The translations under genes were made by a program, and so were the position numbers. A DNA stretch of 63,682 nt, the filler included, from Candidatus Zhuqueibacterota bacterium (GTDB lineage Bacteria > BS750m-G25): NCBI GenBank assembly GCA_016783505.1. It is 7 parts of 7 records of this genome, joined end to end, with 100 filler letters (N's around TTAATTAATTAA, not from the genome) between each part and the next. Parts side by side here need not be neighbours in the genome. Positions count along the whole stretch, not along the records: positions 56,901 to 63,682 come from JADHWK010000082.1; 6 more parts are not named here. One strand, given 5' to 3'. Of this stretch, positions 60,073 to 63,682 are shown in pieces. A model generated the notes under the pieces. The model was given only the letters and a program-made list of their open reading frames with translations. It was not told where the DNA came from and did no database searches. How positions within the stretch are numbered: the first letter of the stretch is position 1; every line of letters starts with the position of its first letter.

Positions 60073-61401
60073 ATGGAAACAACCAATACTGCACCAAATA
60101 TTCGATTTCTTACTATCTCAAGACCCAAGTACAAAGCTTACACCCTTCAAAACTTCCGGCTGCTTCCTCAAATCCAGAAACTATCAGAGGAGCAAAAATT
60201 TGCAATGGAAGTGGTTGGTCATGTTTTTCCGTTTAAAACAAACAATTATGTGGTGGAAGAGCTGATAAACTGGGACAGCGTTCCCAACGATCCTGTTTTT
60301 ACACTTACTTTTCCCCAAAGGGAGATGCTCACTCCCCCTCACTTTGAAAAAATGGCGGCCGTTCTCAGAAACAGCTCCAGCAAACATAAGATTAAAGAGA
60401 TGGCTAACAAAATTCGTTGGGAACTAAATCCCCATCCTGCGGGACAGATGGAACATAACATACCTACCTTAAAAGGTGAAACGCTGGAAGGGGTGCAGCA
60501 TAAGTACAAAGAGACCGTCCTTTTTTTCCCCAGTCAGGGACAAACCTGTCATGCGTACTGTACGTTTTGCTTTCGTTGGCCCCAGTTCGTGGGCATAAGC
60601 GAGCTGAAATTTGCTATGCGGGAGACAGAGTGTCTCATCCAATATATCCGTAAGCATCCCGAAATTTCAGATATTCTTTTCACTGGCGGTGACCCCCTGA
60701 TCATGAAGACCAAGACCCTGGCTACCTACATCAAGGCTCTTCTTGAAGCAGACCTCCCCTGTCTTCAAACAATCAGGATAGGCACGAAGGCATTGGCGTT
60801 TTGGCCTTACAAATTTTCAACCGATCCTGATGCGGATGAATTGCTGGCCCTGTTTACAAGGGTGACTCAGGCCGGCAAGCACCTCGCTATTATGTCCCAC
60901 TTTACCCATCCACGTGAGCTGGGAACTGAGGCAGTACAAGAGGCTATCTTCCGAATTCAAGAAACCGGTGCCCAGATAAGAACCCAATCCCCGGTAATAG
61001 CTCATATTAATGATCAGCCGGAGGTTTGGACAGAGATGTGGAAGGAGCAAGTGAAGCTGGGTTGTGTCCCATACTATATGTTTGTGATGCGAAATACCGG
61101 GGCCCAACATTACTTCGGCGTTCCTTTAGTGCGAGCGTGGAAAATCTTTCGGGAGGCATACCGGAAGGTGAGTGGCCTTTCACGGACGGTTCGGGGGCCA
61201 AGTATGTCCACAATTCCTGGGAAGGTGCAGGTTCTGGGCGTGAAGGAGGTTAAGGGAGAGAGGGTTTTCGTATTAAGATTCTTACAGGGGAGGAACCCTG
61301 ATTGGGTCATGCGCCCGTTTTTTGCTAAATATGATAAGAAAGCTTTATGGCTCGATGAACTGAAGCCGGCATTTGGGGAGAAAAAGTTTTTCTTCGAGTA
61401 A
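60073..61401 (+). CDS. KamA-family (lysine 2,3-aminomutase-like) radical SAM protein
   Basis: HKY.ETVL, CHAYCTFCFR, TGGDP, RIGTK, HFTHP.E, PYYMF. Confidence 0.9.
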   Translation: METTNTAPNIRFLTISRPKYKAYTLQNFRLLPQIQKLSEEQKFAMEVVGHVFPFKTNNYVVEELINWDSVPNDPVFTLTFPQREMLTPPHFEKMAAVLRNSSSKHKIKEMANKIRWELNPHPAGQMEHNIPTLKGETLEGVQHKYKETVLFFPSQGQTCHAYCTFCFRWPQFVGISELKFAMRETECLIQYIRKHPEISDILFTGGDPLIMKTKTLATYIKALLEADLPCLQTIRIGTKALAFWPYKFSTDPDADELLALFTRVTQAGKHLAIMSHFTHPRELGTEAVQEAIFRIQETGAQIRTQSPVIAHINDQPEVWTEMWKEQVKLGCVPYYMFVMRNTGAQHYFGVPLVRAWKIFREAYRKVSGLSRTVRGPSMSTIPGKVQVLGVKEVKGERVFVLRFLQGRNPDWVMRPFFAKYDKKALWLDELKPAFGEKKFFFE

Positions 61402-61465
61402 AGCGCTGTTCATGAAATACATTAGTTATGATCTAAACTATTGTAAAAATCAATTAGACGATAAT

Positions 61466-61542
61466 CGTAGCCGGTTTATCGGTGAGGATACCCGTATCGG
61501 CTTTCGGTAACGGCGTTCGGTATTCGGCAAACCGGGCTACGA
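61466..61542. repeat. GTAG-capped inverted repeat (REPIN-like)
   Basis: TCGTAGCCGGTTT...AAACCGGGCTACGA. Confidence 0.55.
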
Positions 61543-61688
61543 AAAACCAATGCCGGGCTTCGATACGGGCTTCCCGAAGCTTCGGGATAAACGATATACG
61601 GTCATAAGACGAACGATACATTCAAAAACACCCCCTTATTGAAAAATACAATAGTTTAGTTATGATATCAAACCGAGGAAATCGGAGA

Positions 61689-62990
61689 TTAGCCTTTTAT
61701 ATCCACATAGATTTCCTGGCGGAGGCGGTCCAACCATTTGCGCAATTCCTGATCCCGCTTGTAATTCAGGGCCATATCCTCGATGGTCCCCCAGTCATTT
61801 TTTAATCCCAGTTTGCGGCCCAAAACGTGCTCTTCCAGTTTGACCAAATGATAGCCCTCCGGCCCCTTGACGGGCTGACTGATCTCGCCGGGGCTTAACC
61901 CCTGGCTAGCCTGACGCAGGTGGGGGGGCATGGTCTCCACCTCAAACCAGCCCAGCTCTCCCCCGCTTTCCGCCGTAGCCTCATCCTGGGAAAAACGCCG
62001 GGCTAATTCGGAAAACCCCTCTGGTTCAAAAATTTCATCCCGCAGAAGCTGGATTTCCTCCCTAACCCGGTTTTCATCCCCTTCGGTTACTTTTATCATT
62101 ACCAGAACATGACTTGTATTGATCTTCTCCCCCTTACGCTCATTCAGCTTGATGATATGATAACCGAAGCGGGTCTTTACCGGAGCGGAGATTTCCCCTT
62201 CCTTCAAGGAATAGGCCACCTCCTCGTATTCCTTTAGCAGATCCCCCCGGTTAGTCCACCCCAAACGACCACCTTTTTTGCCTGAAGGTCCATCGGAAAA
62301 ATTACGGGCTAATTCGGCAAAATCCTCACCGGCTAGGGCCCGGAGATAGAGGGATTTGATCCTCTCTGAGGCCTGCTGTTGGGCTTCTTCACCGGGGGTC
62401 ACCTTGAGCAGAATATGGCTCAGCCTGATGGATTCTTTAATGTCGGGAAGGCTGTCGGCGTAGGCCTGGTAGAACCGTTCTACTTCCTGCCTGGAGACCT
62501 TAATGCCGGCTAGCTTTTTGTTCTTCTCCTTCTCCACCAACATACCATCGGCGATGTTTTTGCGCAGGTCCCTCTTGATCTTGGCCATCGAATAGCCGTA
62601 ATACTCCTCCAGCTTTGTTTCAGATCCCACCTGTTTCAGCACCTGCTTGAGCCACTCCTCCAGCCTTATCTCCATGTCTTGGGGGGAAACCTCGAGGCTG
62701 TCCTCCCTGGCCCTGGCCAGTAAAATTTTTTGGTCAATCAGGTCGGCAAGGACCCTCTGTTTAAGCTTTAGAAATTCTTCTTCATGACGAGTAGGGTCCA
62801 ATCCCCCCTGGAAGGCGACGCTCTGGGCGTACTGCAGCACATCGGATTCCAGTATGATCTCTTCGTTTACCACCGCAATGATGCGATCCACCACCTGCTG
62901 TGCTGAAACCACCGACACCAGCACAAACAGTAACGGGGGTACCAGCCAGAGTAATTCTTTAGTCTTCTGTTTTTCCTTTGGTCTCTTCAT
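61689..62990 (-). CDS. surA: SurA-like chaperone with two parvulin PPIase domains
   Basis: VDRIIAVVNEEIIL.SD; HILL, SD/QD..GG.LGW, GYH twice. Confidence 0.9.
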   Translation of the reverse strand: MKRPKEKQKTKELLWLVPPLLFVLVSVVSAQQVVDRIIAVVNEEIILESDVLQYAQSVAFQGGLDPTRHEEEFLKLKQRVLADLIDQKILLARAREDSLEVSPQDMEIRLEEWLKQVLKQVGSETKLEEYYGYSMAKIKRDLRKNIADGMLVEKEKNKKLAGIKVSRQEVERFYQAYADSLPDIKESIRLSHILLKVTPGEEAQQQASERIKSLYLRALAGEDFAELARNFSDGPSGKKGGRLGWTNRGDLLKEYEEVAYSLKEGEISAPVKTRFGYHIIKLNERKGEKINTSHVLVMIKVTEGDENRVREEIQLLRDEIFEPEGFSELARRFSQDEATAESGGELGWFEVETMPPHLRQASQGLSPGEISQPVKGPEGYHLVKLEEHVLGRKLGLKNDWGTIEDMALNYKRDQELRKWLDRLRQEIYVDIKG

Positions 62991-63682
62991 CCTGTTCCTC
63001 CAGAACCCCAGGAAAGACCTCCACGTCTGCCTCCGACCGAAACCTCTCCACTAAGGCCTTATAGCTTAACCGTTGCTTTTCTGCTTTGAGGATCTCATAG
63101 ATGTCATCCCGCACAATGGATATATCCTTAACTGACCCCTTCTCTTTTCGGTCAACGACCTGCAAGAGGGCGGCATCCGAGCCCTTCCCAATTATCGTGG
63201 ATATCCCCCCGATGCTCAACGACCCCAGGCTAATCCACAACGACTCCCCCAGTTGATCTCTCCCCTGATAACCCGTTTCCATAACATCAAAAAACCCCAG
63301 GACCCGGGCCTGGTCGGCCAGGCTCTGACCCATTTTCACCCGGGATCTGACTGAGCGGGCTTCGGAACGGTTTTGAAAGGAAACCTTAACGAGTTTCAAT
63401 ACGGTATCGTTCCAGACAAATTCCCCCTGATGGGCAGCGTAATAGGCCCGCACTTCCTCCTCGCCGACACTGGGGGGTTCCCCCAGTTCTTCCTCCAACA
63501 GGCGGTTCGTCATAAGCCTTCGTCTAAAGGCTTTGATAGCTGACTTCACTTCGGTGTGATGATTCAGCCTCCGCCGCTTGGCCTCTTGATACAGAACCTC
63601 ATTATCAACCCAGCGGGATACGAAATCCATTTTGTCTGTCGGGGTTACTTCTCCCTTCCAGGAGGGGGGAATCTGCTCCTCA
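62959..63682 (-). CDS. PrsA/SurA-like peptidylprolyl isomerase-related protein, 5'-truncated
   Basis: WVDNEVLYQEA, EVRAYY..H..EF; adjacent to surA. Confidence 0.7.
   Translation of the reverse strand, partial: EEQIPPSWKGEVTPTDKMDFVSRWVDNEVLYQEAKRRRLNHHTEVKSAIKAFRRRLMTNRLLEEELGEPPSVGEEEVRAYYAAHQGEFVWNDTVLKLVKVSFQNRSEARSVRSRVKMGQSLADQARVLGFFDVMETGYQGRDQLGESLWISLGSLSIGGISTIIGKGSDAALLQVVDRKEKGSVKDISIVRDDIYEILKAEKQRLSYKALVERFRSEADVEVFPGVLEEQDEETKGKTED

Noticed and set aside
1-63682. tRNA/rRNA genes, intact transposases, prophage genes
   Set aside because: None recognised by eye; tRNAscan-SE and Infernal would be needed to exclude small RNAs.

Overview
This window is seven unrelated contigs of about 7-10 kb joined by artificial N/TTAATTAATTAA spacers, so gene neighbourhoods only hold within a contig. 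The many type IX secretion (T9SS) C-terminal domains, plus SurA, DUF4159 and DUF5683, suggest an uncultured, probably anaerobic FCB-superphylum bacterium (inference). Housekeeping genes (leuS, folB/folK/dNK, ridA, priA, trxAB, surA) alternate with AT-rich accessory patches. Main observations: (1) Contig 19765-29105 starts and ends with the same 111 bp. It carries a decayed integron integrase, an attI-like site, a cassette with matching GTTATAC/GTATAAC core sites and a clear attC. (2) That contig also has a metal-uptake operon headed by a DUF2946/CruR-like CxxC+RAPP candidate ribosome-arrest leader, with no ABC ATPase. (3) Four orphan, broken T9SS CTD remnants and one CTD-tail fragment, all missed by the ORF track, sit next to accessory genes. 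(4) Several accessory genes are bracketed by duplicated host sequence: a peptidase 3' end and the priA promoter. (5) Two archaeal-like modules are present: UbiA-ferredoxin-geranylgeranyl reductase, and Thermococcales-like HypA with an ATPase-type HypB. (6) Other items are a TPR-Ser/Thr kinase coupled to a GAF-adenylate cyclase-PilZ gene, and a family of short palindromes plus a MITE with filled/empty-site evidence. I saw no tRNA, rRNA or CRISPR array. All family calls come from motifs recognised by eye, with no database searches.
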